Shown piece after piece: positions 17,355 to 28,845 of a stretch of DNA of 64,000 bases. The notes beneath the pieces are model-generated. The model saw nothing but the letters and a program-made list of their open reading frames with translations. It ran no database searches and had not been told where the DNA came from. The translations under genes were made by a program, and so were the position numbers. The stretch comes from Gemmatimonadota bacterium. Lineage in GTDB: Bacteria; Gemmatimonadota; Gemmatimonadetes; JACCXV01; JAHWKZ01. The number at the start of each line of letters is the position of its first letter. Position 1 is the first letter of the stretch. Where the stretch lies: assembly GCA_050732935.1 (NCBI GenBank), contig JBOHRW010000199.1, forward strand, positions 1,755 to 65,754, written 5' to 3'.

Positions 17355-18256
17355 AACGGGGTGTCCTCGTCGGCGGCCGGCGGATCCCCTCGTTGCGGGC
17401 CCACCGGCGTTTCCCGAGGCGTCGGCGCCGGTTCCTCGGCCGGAGCCGGTCGGTCGGGGGCCGTACCCGGAGGCACTCCACCCGCGGGAGCCCCGGCGCG
17501 TCCGCGCGAGATCCGCTCGCCGAGCTGCAGACGGACGGCGCTGCCGCGCCGGACATGCAATCCCGGAGCCGGCTCCTGCCCGCTCACGACCACCCGCACC
17601 TGATCGTCGGTCGCGGGACCCCCCTGCACGTTGACCACCTCACCGATGGTGAGCGAGTGGAGCTCGAGCGTGTCGCGGGCGGCCGCGAGGCCGAGGCCCT
17701 GCACGTCGGGCATCGTCAGGAACGAGCCGCCGCCGCTCAGGATCAGGGTCACCGGGGTGCCGGGCTCGACGGGCGTGCCCGGGGGTGGCACCGTTCCCGC
17801 CACGGACCCTTGCGGATGCAGGTTGCTGAACTCCTGGCGTGGGGGCGTCTCCTCGAGCCCGAGGCCCCGCAGGATCGAGTTGGCATGCTCGGGCTGGAGC
17901 CCTTCGAGCCGAGGCACGCGGATGGGTGTCGGTCCGCGGCTCACGACCACGCGAACCGTATCGCCGCGCGGCAGGTAGAAATCCGGGGGCGGAATCTGGT
18001 AGATGACGCTCCCCTCCTCCACGTCTTCCCAGCTCAACCGACCGCTCTCCTCGAGGACGTAGCCTTCGGCCTCCGCCTGCGCCCGAGCGTCCTCGAGCTC
18101 GCGGCCGCTCAGGTCGGGCACCTGGCTCACGCGCTGCTCGGCCAGCGTCTCCGGCAGGAAGAAGAGCTGGACGACGAGATAGCCGACCGCCGCGGCCCCC
18201 AACGTCGCCGCGAGGATCGCCACGATGATCGACCAGGCGACGCCGCGGCGCGTCAA
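17351..18256 (-). CDS. Stand-alone PASTA-domain membrane protein: one N-terminal TM helix plus about three PASTA repeats, no kinase or PBP domain
   Basis: TM helix WSIIVAILAATLGAAAVGYLVVQLFF. PASTA-like repeats VPDLSGRELEDARAQAEAEGYVL, VPRLEGLQPEHANSILRGLGL, MPDVQGLGLAAARDTLELHSL. TTG start at 18256 overlaps the rsmB stop as TTGA. Confidence 0.7.
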   Translation of the reverse strand: MTRRGVAWSIIVAILAATLGAAAVGYLVVQLFFLPETLAEQRVSQVPDLSGRELEDARAQAEAEGYVLEESGRLSWEDVEEGSVIYQIPPPDFYLPRGDTVRVVVSRGPTPIRVPRLEGLQPEHANSILRGLGLEETPPRQEFSNLHPQGSVAGTVPPPGTPVEPGTPVTLILSGGGSFLTMPDVQGLGLAAARDTLELHSLTIGEVVNVQGGPATDDQVRVVVSGQEPAPGLHVRRGSAVRLQLGERISRGRAGAPAGGVPPGTAPDRPAPAEEPAPTPRETPVGPQRGDPPAADEDTPF

Positions 18257-19620
18257 TTCGCCTCCCGGACGAGCCGCGCGGCGAACATGCCGTCCACGTC
18301 CGCCTCCCAAGGCCGGGTCGCGAGATACGGGCCGTCGCGGTGGACGGCCGGGATCCGGTCCCCGGCCGGGTCCACGCGGAAGTCGGGGTGCCGCGCCAGG
18401 AACCCTTCCACGACCCCGGTGTTCTCCTCCGGCTCCAGCGAGCACGTGGCGTAGAGAAGGACGCCGTCCGGCGCGACGTTGTCCGCGACGCCATCGAGCA
18501 GCTCGCCCTGGAACGCGGCAAAGCGGCCGATGTCGCCCGGCTCGCGCCGCCAGCGCGCGTCCGGGCGGCGACCGAGGACCCCGGTTCCGGAACAGGGCGC
18601 GTCAACGAGGACGAGCGGGAACGAGCGCCGGGCGGGAATCGCCCGCGCGTCAGCCGCCACCAGCCACACGCCGTCCAGGCCCAGCCGGTCGAGGTTCTGC
18701 CGGACCCTGGCGAGCCGGCCCGGTTCGGAATCCAGGGCCAGCGCCCGGGTCATGGGGTCCCTCGCGAGCAACCCCAGGAGCTTGCCACCGGGAGCCGAGC
18801 AGGCATCCAGGAAAGGGCCGTCTCCAGGCAGGTCGGCCAGGGCCGACACCCACTGCGCCCCGGCGTCCTGCACCCAGAACCGACCCTCCCGCCAGCCGGG
18901 GAGCCGGTCCGGACGGACGCCTCCTTCGACGACGATGGCGTCGGGATGGGCCGGGTGGGGGCCGGCATCGATGCCGGCGGCGCGAAGCGATGTCAGGACC
19001 TCCTCGGCCCCACCCGCACGCGGGTGCAGAGCCAGGTGGACGCGGGGCGTCCGGTTGTCGCGGGCGAGGAGCGCTGCTGTCGCAGTCGGCCCCAGACGGG
19101 CCAGCCAGCGCTCGACGAGCCATCTCGGATGGCTGTGCTCGACCGCCAGCCGGCCGGCGATGTCGACGGGATCGGGCAGCGGGAGCGTTTCCCGACGGCG
19201 CGCCAGGTTCCGGAGCACACCGTTCACCAGCCCGGCCGCCCAGCCCGCCGTGGATTCGGGGAGGACCTCCCGCGCCAGCCGCACGCTCTCGTCCACCGCG
19301 GAGCGGTCGGGTACGCGGTCCATGAACAGGATCTGGTAGGCGCCGAGCTCGAGAACGGCGATCAGGTCGGGGGGAAGGCTCGCGAGACCGCGATCCAGGA
19401 GGTGGTCGAGATGATGATCGATCCGCCCCCGCCACCGGATGGTGCCGTAAGCGAGCTGCATGGCGAAGGCCCGCTCACGTCGATCCAGATCGCGGCTGCG
19501 CCGGTCGAGGCTCTCGTCCGCGCGCTGGCCGGCCCCCACGTCCCGCAGCACCTCGTAGACCAGCCTCCGCCCGCTCGCCGCCCGACGCCGCGGGGCCGCC
19601 ACCGTAAGGCTAGCCGCCAA
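18253..19620 (-). CDS. rsmB: 16S rRNA (cytosine967-C5)-methyltransferase RsmB/Sun
   Basis: NusB-like N-terminus. LDACSAPGGK, DAPCSGTGV and LLYATCSLEPEEN motifs. Confidence 0.9.
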   Translation of the reverse strand: MAASLTVAAPRRRAASGRRLVYEVLRDVGAGQRADESLDRRSRDLDRRERAFAMQLAYGTIRWRGRIDHHLDHLLDRGLASLPPDLIAVLELGAYQILFMDRVPDRSAVDESVRLAREVLPESTAGWAAGLVNGVLRNLARRRETLPLPDPVDIAGRLAVEHSHPRWLVERWLARLGPTATAALLARDNRTPRVHLALHPRAGGAEEVLTSLRAAGIDAGPHPAHPDAIVVEGGVRPDRLPGWREGRFWVQDAGAQWVSALADLPGDGPFLDACSAPGGKLLGLLARDPMTRALALDSEPGRLARVRQNLDRLGLDGVWLVAADARAIPARRSFPLVLVDAPCSGTGVLGRRPDARWRREPGDIGRFAAFQGELLDGVADNVAPDGVLLYATCSLEPEENTGVVEGFLARHPDFRVDPAGDRIPAVHRDGPYLATRPWEADVDGMFAARLVREAN

Positions 19621-20443
19621 CGCGGCCCTCGGCGGGGCTCGAGGCCCGGGCCCATTCGCGGCGCGGCATGCGGCCCGCCTCGAAGGCGAGCCGACCGGCC
19701 TCCACCGCGAGCCGCATCGCGCGGGCCATCCGAACCGGGTCCCGGGCCATGGCCACGGCCGTGTTCATGAGGATCCCTTCGACTCCCAGCTCCATCGCGA
19801 CCGCCGCGTCGGACGCCGTGCCCACCCCAGCGTCGACGATCACCGGAATGGAGACCGCCTCCAGGATGAAACGCAGGTTGAGCGGATCGACGACGCCGAG
19901 GCCCGAGCCGATCGGCGAGGCGAGCGGCATGACCGCCGCCGCGCCCGCCTCTTCCAGCCGCCTCGCCACGACCACGTCGTCGTTGGTGTACGGCATCACG
20001 ACGAAGCCTTCTTCGGCGAGCCGACGCGTCGCCTCGACGAGCTCGATCACGTCCGGATATAGGGTGCGCTCGTCGCCGATCACCTCGAGCTTGACGAACT
20101 CGCTGAGCCCCCCCGCCCGTGCCAGCCGGGCCACGCGCACCGCCTGCTCGGCCGTGTAGCAGCCCGCCGTGTTGGGCAGGATCATGGCCCCCGTGCCCTC
20201 CAGGTGACGGAAGAGCCCCTCTGGGTCGGCGCGGTCCAGGCTGACGCGACGGAGGGCTACGGTGACGATCTCCGCGCCCGAGGCCTCGATGCAGCGGACG
20301 AGCGTCTCGGGGGAGTCGTACTTGCCCGATCCCAGGATGAGACGCGAGCCGAAGGCCCGCCCGGCGATCGTCAGCCCTGCCGTGCCCGGCTGCGCCGCGA
20401 TCCGATCGCCCGGCTCGGCCCGGATGGTTCCGGTACCGCTCAT
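19610..20443 (-). CDS. thiG: Thiazole synthase ThiG
   Basis: LTIAGRAFGSRLILGSGKY...ILPNTAGC...VMPLASPIGSGLG. Confidence 0.95.
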   Translation of the reverse strand: MSGTGTIRAEPGDRIAAQPGTAGLTIAGRAFGSRLILGSGKYDSPETLVRCIEASGAEIVTVALRRVSLDRADPEGLFRHLEGTGAMILPNTAGCYTAEQAVRVARLARAGGLSEFVKLEVIGDERTLYPDVIELVEATRRLAEEGFVVMPYTNDDVVVARRLEEAGAAAVMPLASPIGSGLGVVDPLNLRFILEAVSIPVIVDAGVGTASDAAVAMELGVEGILMNTAVAMARDPVRMARAMRLAVEAGRLAFEAGRMPRREWARASSPAEGRVGG

Positions 20444-20445
20444 CG

Positions 20446-20685
20446 CTAGCCGCCTCCCACGATGTGGACGATCTCGAGCGCGTCGCCCGCCTCGAGGCGC
20501 ACCTCGGCGAAGCGGGCGCGGGAGAGGATCCCGCCGTTCCGCTCCACGACCACGACTTCCGGTTCCAGTTCCAGCTCGATCAGGAGCTCCTGCACCGTGC
20601 GCCCGTCGGGAACCGCACGGACCCGGCCGTTGACCACGACCTCGATGCTCTCGGCGGTGGTTGAATGAAACGCCATGGGAGTCAA
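20446..20685 (-). CDS. thiS: Sulfur carrier protein ThiS (ends in GG)
   Basis: IEVVVNGRVRAV...VERNGGILSRARFAEVRLEAGDALEIVHIVGGG. The true start may be one of the internal Met codons. Confidence 0.8.
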   Translation of the reverse strand: MTPMAFHSTTAESIEVVVNGRVRAVPDGRTVQELLIELELEPEVVVVERNGGILSRARFAEVRLEAGDALEIVHIVGGG

Positions 20686-20706
20686 TCTAGCAGGCCCTGC
20701 AGAAAG

Positions 20707-21384
20707 TCACAGGCGGGCTCGGTTTCCTCCATCGAGGTCGACCTTCTCGCCTCCAAGCGCATCCAGGAACCGCTCGACCGATCGTGCCGGGTCGTCGGCC
20801 TCCCAGAGGCCCCGGATCGCCACGACCCCGCTCGCTCCCGCTTGGATCGCCTCCCCGACCCGCTCCGGGGTGAGGCCGCCGATCGCCAGGAGCGGCGGCG
20901 CCGTCCCGCCCAGCGTGTCCCGGATCGACCGGAGGAGGGCCACGCCCGCTGGATGGCCTGCGGGATGGGTGGCACTCGGGAAGATCGTCCCCACCAGGAG
21001 GTGGTCGGCGCCCATCCGGGCCGCTAGAGCCGCCGCCTCGACCCGGTGGACAGAGCGGCCGACTCGAAAACCCGGGGCCACAGCACGCGCGCCCGCGATC
21101 GAGAGCCCCCTCTCGGAGAGCTGGACCGCGTCCGCCCCGGCGGCCAGGGCGAGGTCGACCCGGTCGCCGACCCAGAGCTCGGCGCCATGCTGATGGCAGC
21201 GCCCGCCCGCATCACCGAGCAGGTCGAGCAGCTTCCGATCGGTCAACGCCCGGCCGCTCCGGATCAACACGGCTGGGAGCCCTGCTCCGAGCAGCGCTTC
21301 CAGGCGCTCCGGGAAGTCCGGACGGAGCAGCCGCTCGTCATCGGTCGCCGCGACCAGGTGCGGGAGTCCCGACCGCCGGGTCAT
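20707..21384 (-). CDS. thiE: Thiamine-phosphate synthase ThiE
   Basis: LPHLVAATDD...VQLSERGLSIAGARA...LLAIGGLTPERV. ATG at 21384 overlaps the fmt stop (ATGA). Confidence 0.85.
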   Translation of the reverse strand: MTRRSGLPHLVAATDDERLLRPDFPERLEALLGAGLPAVLIRSGRALTDRKLLDLLGDAGGRCHQHGAELWVGDRVDLALAAGADAVQLSERGLSIAGARAVAPGFRVGRSVHRVEAAALAARMGADHLLVGTIFPSATHPAGHPAGVALLRSIRDTLGGTAPPLLAIGGLTPERVGEAIQAGASGVVAIRGLWEADDPARSVERFLDALGGEKVDLDGGNRARL

Positions 21385-22334
21385 CGCTCGTCGTCGCCAG
21401 CCCCGCCCAGCCGTTCCCCGCGTCGGGGCTTCCGACCCCGAGCCCACTCCCTCCCGCTCATGCGTCGACCCCCGGCGGGCTGGACGAGGACCAGGCGGAC
21501 CGCGCCGTCACCGGTCTTGACGACCGACTCGGCCTCGACCTCGAGAAGCGTCCCGGGCTCCACCGAGCCGTCCACGGGGGGTGGGACGATCCCCAGGCGA
21601 AAGACTTTGAGGCGCTCGCGGCGCCAGGTCGTCCACGCCCCGGGCCAGGGATCGTAGGCCCGCACGGCGCGCTCGAGCGCGGCACTTGGCAGGTCCCAGT
21701 CGAGTCGGGCGTCCTGCGGGTCGATCTTGCCCGCGTGGCTGGCCTGCGCGTGGTCCTGCGGGGTCTCGATCAGCGTGCCGGACTCGAGGCGATCCAGGGC
21801 CTCGACCGCGAGCCGCGCGCCCAGCTCCGCCAGCCGGCCGGTGAGGAGCCCGGCCGTGTCGTCGGGGCCGATCGGCTCCTCCGCCTGGAGGCAGATGGGA
21901 CCCGTGTCGAGACCGGCTTCCATGCGCATGATCGTGATCCCGGTGTTCGTCCGGCCATCCAGCAGAGCCTGCGTTACGGGGGCCGCGCCCCGATAGGCGG
22001 GAAGGAGCGAGGCGTGGACGTTGAGGGCGCCGTGAGGCGGCATCCCGAGGATCTCGACCGGCAGGATCTCGCCATAGGCGGCGACCACGAAGACGTCGGC
22101 GTCGAGCCGGCGCAATTCGCCGAGGAAGGCCTCGCCGCGAGGCTTCGCGGGAGTCAGGACTGGAAGCCCGGCGGACTCGGCCCGGTGTGCCACGGGGGTG
22201 GGCTCCACCTCGCGGCCCCGCCCCTTCGGCCGCACCGGCTGGCTGACGACCCCGACCACCTCGTGACGGCTGTCCAGCAGGCCATCGAGGGTCGGGACGG
22301 CGAACTCGGGGCTCCCCCAGAAGACTATCCGCAC
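21381..22334 (-). CDS. fmt: Methionyl-tRNA formyltransferase
   Basis: IVFWGSPEFAVPTLDGLL...VVSQPVRPKGRG...NVHASLLPAYRGAAPV. GTG at 22334 verified. The upstream 85 codons of the ORF-track entry are rejected. Confidence 0.9.
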   Translation of the reverse strand: MRIVFWGSPEFAVPTLDGLLDSRHEVVGVVSQPVRPKGRGREVEPTPVAHRAESAGLPVLTPAKPRGEAFLGELRRLDADVFVVAAYGEILPVEILGMPPHGALNVHASLLPAYRGAAPVTQALLDGRTNTGITIMRMEAGLDTGPICLQAEEPIGPDDTAGLLTGRLAELGARLAVEALDRLESGTLIETPQDHAQASHAGKIDPQDARLDWDLPSAALERAVRAYDPWPGAWTTWRRERLKVFRLGIVPPPVDGSVEPGTLLEVEAESVVKTGDGAVRLVLVQPAGGRRMSGREWARGRKPRRGERLGGAGDDER

Positions 22335-22342
22335 GATCGCGC

Positions 22343-22863
22343 CTAGCCTACGGGCAGGCCCTTCTCCTCCATCGCCTTCCTGAACTCGCGCACGGCCAGC
22401 CGGCGCTTGAGGGCTCCCAGATGGTCGATGAAGAGGACCCCGTTCAGGTGGTCGATCTCGTGCTGGAGGGCGCGCGCCAGGAGGGCCGCGCCCTCGATCT
22501 TCCGCGGCTCGCCCGTCGGATCGCGGTACTCGACCACGACCTCCGCCGCGCGCTCGATCGTCTCCACGACCCCGGGAATCGAGAGGCACCCCTCTTCGCT
22601 CTCGACCATGCCACGCCTCTCCACGATCGTGGGGTTCACCAGCGTGATCGCCTCCGTCCCGTCCCGCCGCTCGCTCACGTCGATCACGGTGACCCGACGC
22701 TCGTCTCCTACCTGCGGGGCCGCCAGCCCGACACCGTCGGCGGCGTACATCGTCTCCATCAGATCGTCGACTAAACGCCCGAGCTCGTCATCGAAAAATT
22801 CAACGGGGCGCGTCATGCGCCGGAGAAGGGGGTCGCCCAGGTAATGGATCTCCAGGAGCGCCA

Positions 22864-22864
<1 letters not shown>
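22343..22864 (-). CDS. def: Peptide deformylase
   Basis: GVGLAAPQVG, EGCLSIPG, QHEIDHLNG. ATG at 22864 overlaps the yajC stop (ATGA). Confidence 0.95.
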
Positions 22865-24377
<1,513 letters not shown>

Positions 24378-24424
24378 TCAGACAGTCGGGGTCCACCCAC
24401 CCACAAAGATCCGCCAGCGGGCCG

Positions 24425-25075
24425 CTATAGCCCGCCACTCGTCCGGGTCCAGTTGAGATGGATCGGCCCCGGCAGAACGTGCAGAACCGGAACCGCCAGG
24501 ATCACGAGCAGGCTCAGCCGCGGATCCAGGAAGGAGACGGCAATCGCAGCCAGATACAGCGCCGGCCCGACCAGCATCTTGCGGGTCGCCGACGCCACGA
24601 GCTTCGCGTCGACCTCCTCCCGCAGCAGTCCCTTCCAGGCCGCGTACCGCCAGTGGGCGAGCAACAACAGGCTGATTGCAATGAAGTTCGCGCTGTACAG
24701 CCACAGGCCGACCCCTTCGCTGCCATAGTGCCCGACCAGATGGGTCGTGAAGGGCACCAGGCACACGGCCATGAGGAAGAGGATGTTCAACCAGAGGAGC
24801 GCCCAGTCGACCCGGCGGAGAAACGGGAACTGGGTGTGATGCGCCATCCAGTAGATCCCAAGGACGAGGAAGCTCACCGAGAAGGCCGCGATACGGGGCC
24901 AGAGGAGGAGCACCTCCCGCAGGAGCGTATCGTCCAGCTCCTCGCGCGCCACGCGCGGTGGATCGATGCCCAGGACGAGCAGCGTCATGACGATGGCGAA
25001 CACGCCGTCGACCAGCGATGCGACCCGCCCATCGCCCTGGACCTCGCTCGGCTCCAGGTTTTCGGGCTGCGTCAT
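24425..25075 (-). CDS. TMEM175/DUF1211-family membrane protein (putative K+ channel homolog)
   Basis: LVDGVFAIVMTLLVLGI (matches the RxxxFSDGVFAIAITLLVLE signature). Six predicted TM helices. Confidence 0.75.
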   Translation of the reverse strand: MTQPENLEPSEVQGDGRVASLVDGVFAIVMTLLVLGIDPPRVAREELDDTLLREVLLLWPRIAAFSVSFLVLGIYWMAHHTQFPFLRRVDWALLWLNILFLMAVCLVPFTTHLVGHYGSEGVGLWLYSANFIAISLLLLAHWRYAAWKGLLREEVDAKLVASATRKMLVGPALYLAAIAVSFLDPRLSLLVILAVPVLHVLPGPIHLNWTRTSGGL

Positions 25076-25212
25076 CGCGAGAACCTACTCGGAGCGGGAA
25101 TCGGGTGTCATACGGCCAGCGCCCGATAGATTACGTCTCGACCATGAACGGCCGCCTCGCGCGGGTACGGCCCGTGCCGACGGAGGGGCCGTCACCAGAT
25201 TGGGAGGCATCG

Positions 25213-25488
25213 ATGGTCGAGGTCCGCGTCATTGCTCTAGAAGACGACGTCTATCGCGTACGCGTGCGGGACTCCGACGGCTCGAGCGAGCACCGCGTCA
25301 CGGCGACCGCCGACCAGGTCGAGAGGTTCGGCGCGGGCGCGACGCCCGAGACCCTGATCGAGGAGTCGTTCCGTTTCCTGCTGGAGCGCGAGCCCAAGGA
25401 GTCGATCCTCGGGCGCTTCGAGCTGCCCGTGATCGCCCGCTACTTCCCCGACTACCCGGAGGAGATCCGCCGCCGGCTCGAGGCCTGA
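25213..25488 (+). CDS. Hypothetical small protein, 91 aa
   Basis: GGGAGG RBS 6 nt before the ATG. Sits in the divergent slot between the TMEM175-like gene and queA. Coding-like GC3 usage. No family recognised. Confidence 0.4.
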   Translation: MVEVRVIALEDDVYRVRVRDSDGSSEHRVTATADQVERFGAGATPETLIEESFRFLLEREPKESILGRFELPVIARYFPDYPEEIRRRLEA

Positions 25489-25501
25489 GCCGCGGCCGAC
25501 C

Positions 25502-26578
25502 TCACACGATCAGCATGGCGTCGCCGTACGAGTAGAAGCGGTATCCGGCCGCCACCGCGTGCCTGTAGGCGGCCAGGACACGTTCTGTCCCGGCGAAGGC
25601 CGCCACCAGCAGGAGGAGGCTCGAGCGCGGCAGGTGGAAGTTCGTCAGCATCGCGTCGACGCGCTGGAACTCGTGACCGGGGCGGATCGTGAGGTCGGCC
25701 CATCCCTCCAAATCGAATCCCTCGCCTTCCATCCCCGAGCCGGAAGCCGCCGTTTCGAGGACCCGAACGGTGGTCGTGCCGACGGCCACCACCCGGCTTG
25801 CCGCCGCGCGCGTGGCGGCGATCATCCGCTGCGTCTCCGCCGGGATCCGATACCACTCCGGCTCCATGGCGTGATCCTCGGCGCGCTCGGCGGTCACTGG
25901 TCGGAACGTTCCCGGACCCACGTGCAGGGTGAGGCTGGCGCGCGCGACGCCTCGGGCAGCCAGGCGCTCCAGGAGGTCGGGCGTGAAGTGGAGCCCCGCC
26001 GTCGGCGCGGCCACCGCCCCCCGCTCGCGGGCAAAGACGGTCTGATACCGTTCGCGGTCGGACGCCTCGTCTGGTCTGTCGATGTACGGAGGCAGCGGAA
26101 CGTGCCCGTTGGCTGTGACCCAGTCCCACGGATCCCCGGGCACGTCGAGCTGTATCCGGCGGACACCGGCCTCCCCCGCCTCCAGGACCTCGATCTCGCC
26201 CCGCTCGCGCGACGCATCGAGCGTCACGAGCTGAAATCGTCGGCCCGGCTTGGCCCGCCGCGCCGGGCGAGCGAGCGACCACCACTCGCGACCTTCGGAG
26301 CGCGCCGGGTCGTCCGCGTCCGCAGGACGCGTGAGCAGGAACTCGACGCGCCCCTCCTGGTCCTCCAACGCGTAGAGTCGCGCCGGGAAGACGCGCGTGT
26401 CGTTGACGATCAGAAGGTCCCCGGCCGCCAGCTCCCGGACGATGTCCGTGAACCGACCATCACGCCATGTCCCGGTCGAGCGGTCGAGGACCAGCAGCCG
26501 GCTCGCATCCCGCGGCTCGGCCGGCCGCTGGGCGATCCGCTCCGGCGGAAGCTCGTAGTCGAAGACGTCCATGCGCAT
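25502..26578 (-). CDS. queA: S-adenosylmethionine:tRNA ribosyltransferase-isomerase QueA
   Basis: DYELPPERIAQRPAEPRDASRLLVL...AAPTAGLHFT...VGTTTVRVLE. Confidence 0.9.
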   Translation of the reverse strand: MRMDVFDYELPPERIAQRPAEPRDASRLLVLDRSTGTWRDGRFTDIVRELAAGDLLIVNDTRVFPARLYALEDQEGRVEFLLTRPADADDPARSEGREWWSLARPARRAKPGRRFQLVTLDASRERGEIEVLEAGEAGVRRIQLDVPGDPWDWVTANGHVPLPPYIDRPDEASDRERYQTVFARERGAVAAPTAGLHFTPDLLERLAARGVARASLTLHVGPGTFRPVTAERAEDHAMEPEWYRIPAETQRMIAATRAAASRVVAVGTTTVRVLETAASGSGMEGEGFDLEGWADLTIRPGHEFQRVDAMLTNFHLPRSSLLLLVAAFAGTERVLAAYRHAVAAGYRFYSYGDAMLIV

Positions 26579-26609
26579 GGGAGGCGGACCGCGGCCGCGC
26601 CGCGGTGGA

Positions 26610-26822
26610 TCAGCGCCAGAGGACGTTCAGGAGCAGGGTGAGGACGATCGAGAGCACGAGCGAGGTCGCCAGCGGGATGTAGATGGTGGCGCCACCTTTT
26701 TGGAACAGCAGATCGCCTGGCAACCGCCCGAGGAACGGAATGCGATGGCCGGCCAGCAGGATCAGGCCCATGACCACGCTGATAAGACCGAAGACGATCA
26801 GGAAACGCGCGAGTCCGCCCAT
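26610..26822 (-). CDS. DUF2905-family small membrane protein
   Basis: 70 aa. LPGDLLFQKGGATIYIPLATSLVLSIVLTLLLNVLW matches the DUF2905 consensus. Confidence 0.7.
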   Translation of the reverse strand: MGGLARFLIVFGLISVVMGLILLAGHRIPFLGRLPGDLLFQKGGATIYIPLATSLVLSIVLTLLLNVLWR

Positions 26823-27169
26823 TCCTGGTTCCCCTCCGCCAACCGGTCGATCTCACGGACCCGTTCGACCGAGACGACGAGCTGTCGACCGCCCTCGCCG
26901 CCCTCGCTCCAGTGGGCCACATAGTCCATCACCTTGCGCTGGACGTCGGGGGTCGGCTGGAATTCCTTCTCCAGGAACTTGAAGCACAGGGTCCCCAGGT
27001 TGATCGCGAAGCGTCGCTCGACGCGCCGGATCGCCCGGCATAGCCGGAGCTTCTCCTGGTCGTCGCGATCGCGGTAGTGGCGCGCGATCCGCGCCGCGGA
27101 GTTCTCGTGCGCGGCGAAACGGTACGCGGCCAGCTCGACCTGGGCCGAGGTCAGTCCGATCAACTGCAT
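26798..27169 (-). CDS. Hypothetical protein, 123 aa
   Basis: Same strand and tightly packed between the membrane protein and the DUF2905 gene. High GC3. No family recognised. Confidence 0.45.
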   Translation of the reverse strand: MQLIGLTSAQVELAAYRFAAHENSAARIARHYRDRDDQEKLRLCRAIRRVERRFAINLGTLCFKFLEKEFQPTPDVQRKVMDYVAHWSEGGEGGRQLVVSVERVREIDRLAEGNQEWADSRVS

Positions 27170-27223
27170 CTCATGGAAGGTAAAAGCGCGTGGAGTGGCT
27201 GCGCAACGCGCGGGAGAGACGGA

Positions 27224-27778
27224 TCACGTTCGGGTGGCGTTCCCGGGCCGCGACAGCACCGCGGCCAGCGCCAGTCCCCAGGGTGCCCACAAGACGTAGG
27301 CGAATCGAACGGGGATCGCGCCGGCAGGGGGAGTGGTCCACAGAAGCTGGATCAGCAAGGAGACCGCGCCCCCCGCGGCGCACACGAGCGAGAAGACGGC
27401 GAACTTCGGCGCCTGGGGTCGCCCATGGAGACCGACCGCTCCCCACCAGAGGCCCAGCGCGACAACCGCCGCGATCTCCCCCATGACCAGCGGGCTCTCG
27501 ATCAGGTCGCCGACCAGGCCGTAGCCGGATACGGCGAAACCCGCGGCCCCCAGGACCGCCCAGGAGCGGAGGCCACCGCTCCCGTGGAGCGGGAAGCGGG
27601 CGGCGAACGCCATGGATGCCCCAGCCAGGAGGAGCCCGGCGGCGAGGAAGAGCCAGGCAACCCACGCGTCCAGCTCCACGCCCGCCAGGCGCGCCGAGCC
27701 GGCATGGAACGGTAGCAGCAAGGACGCCGCGAGCGCTGAGAGCCCGCCGATCCCGGCGGCGAGCGCTCCGAGGCTCAT
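27224..27778 (-). CDS. Hypothetical polytopic membrane protein, 184 aa
   Basis: ATG at 27778 overlaps the ruvB stop (ATGA). Five or six hydrophobic helices. The upstream 119 codons of the ORF-track entry are an antisense shadow of ruvB. Confidence 0.55.
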   Translation of the reverse strand: MSLGALAAGIGGLSALAASLLLPFHAGSARLAGVELDAWVAWLFLAAGLLLAGASMAFAARFPLHGSGGLRSWAVLGAAGFAVSGYGLVGDLIESPLVMGEIAAVVALGLWWGAVGLHGRPQAPKFAVFSLVCAAGGAVSLLIQLLWTTPPAGAIPVRFAYVLWAPWGLALAAVLSRPGNATRT

Positions 27779-28842
27779 TCCCCGAACAGCCCTTCCTGGC
27801 CGTCCTCCACGTCGGGTGGCCGTCCGGTGATCCCCAGATGGCGATAGGCGCGCTCCGTCGCCACCCGGCCGCGGGCGGTCCGGTGGAGGAAGCCGCTCTG
27901 GATGAGGAAGGGCTCGTGGACCTCCTCCAGGGTCTCGGCCTCTTCGCCGACCGCCACGGCCAGCGATCCCACCCCCACCGGGCCGCCGCCGAATTTCTCG
28001 ATCAGCGCGCTCAGGATGCGGGCATCCATGTCGTCGAGTCCGGCCTCGTCCACCTCCAGCGCCGAGAGAGCCGCCTCGGCCAGCGGACCCGTGATCTCGC
28101 CTTCTCCCTCGACCTGAGCGTAGTCGCGGGCCCACTTGAGGAGCCGGTTGGCGACCCGGGCCGTCCCGCGCGAGCGGCCGGCGATCACCGCGATCCCTTC
28201 GTCGGCTATCGGGACATCCAGAATCCGCGCCGAGCGCTCGACGATCCGACCGAGCTCTCCGGCTGTGTAGAAATCGAGCCGCGCGGCGTGCTCGAACCGG
28301 GACCGCAAGGGGCCGGTCAGCAGGCCCCGCTTGGTGGTCGCCCCGACCAGCGTGAAGCGCTCGAGCGGCAGGCTCACCGAACGCGCCGCCGGACCGGAGT
28401 CGATCACGATGTCGAGCTGGAACTCCTCCATCGCCGGGTAGAGATACTCCTCGACCACCGTCTTCAGGCGATGGATCTCGTCGATGAACAGGATGTCGCC
28501 GCGCTCGAGGCCCGTGAGAAGCCCGGCCAGGTCGCCCGGCTTCTCGAGGACCGGCCCGCTGGTCACGCGGATCCGGACCCCCATCTCGTGGGCCAGGATG
28601 TGGGCGAGGGTCGTCTTGCCGAGGCCCGGAGGGCCCGAGAAGAGGCAGTGCCCCAGCGGCTCCTCGCGCTGGCGGGCGGCGGCGATCGAGATGGCGAGGT
28701 TACGCTTCAGCTTCTCCTGCCCGGCGAACTCCTCCAGCGTTCGCGGCCGGAGCGTCTCCTCGAACGCCTCCTCGGCGGCGGTGCCTTCCGGGCGGGTCGC
28801 CTGACGGCCCCTCAGATAGCTCTTGAAGGGGGTCTCTGCCAA
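27775..28842 (-). CDS. ruvB: Holliday junction branch-migration helicase RuvB
   Basis: [37 protein letters not shown]. Confidence 0.95.
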   Translation of the reverse strand: MAETPFKSYLRGRQATRPEGTAAEEAFEETLRPRTLEEFAGQEKLKRNLAISIAAARQREEPLGHCLFSGPPGLGKTTLAHILAHEMGVRIRVTSGPVLEKPGDLAGLLTGLERGDILFIDEIHRLKTVVEEYLYPAMEEFQLDIVIDSGPAARSVSLPLERFTLVGATTKRGLLTGPLRSRFEHAARLDFYTAGELGRIVERSARILDVPIADEGIAVIAGRSRGTARVANRLLKWARDYAQVEGEGEITGPLAEAALSALEVDEAGLDDMDARILSALIEKFGGGPVGVGSLAVAVGEEAETLEEVHEPFLIQSGFLHRTARGRVATERAYRHLGITGRPPDVEDGQEGLFGE

Positions 28843-28845
28843 GGC

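Noticed and set aside
20686-21384. TPP riboswitch upstream of the thi genes
   Set aside because: thiE overlaps the fmt stop, and only 21 nt separate thiE and thiS. There is no space for a roughly 100-nt aptamer.
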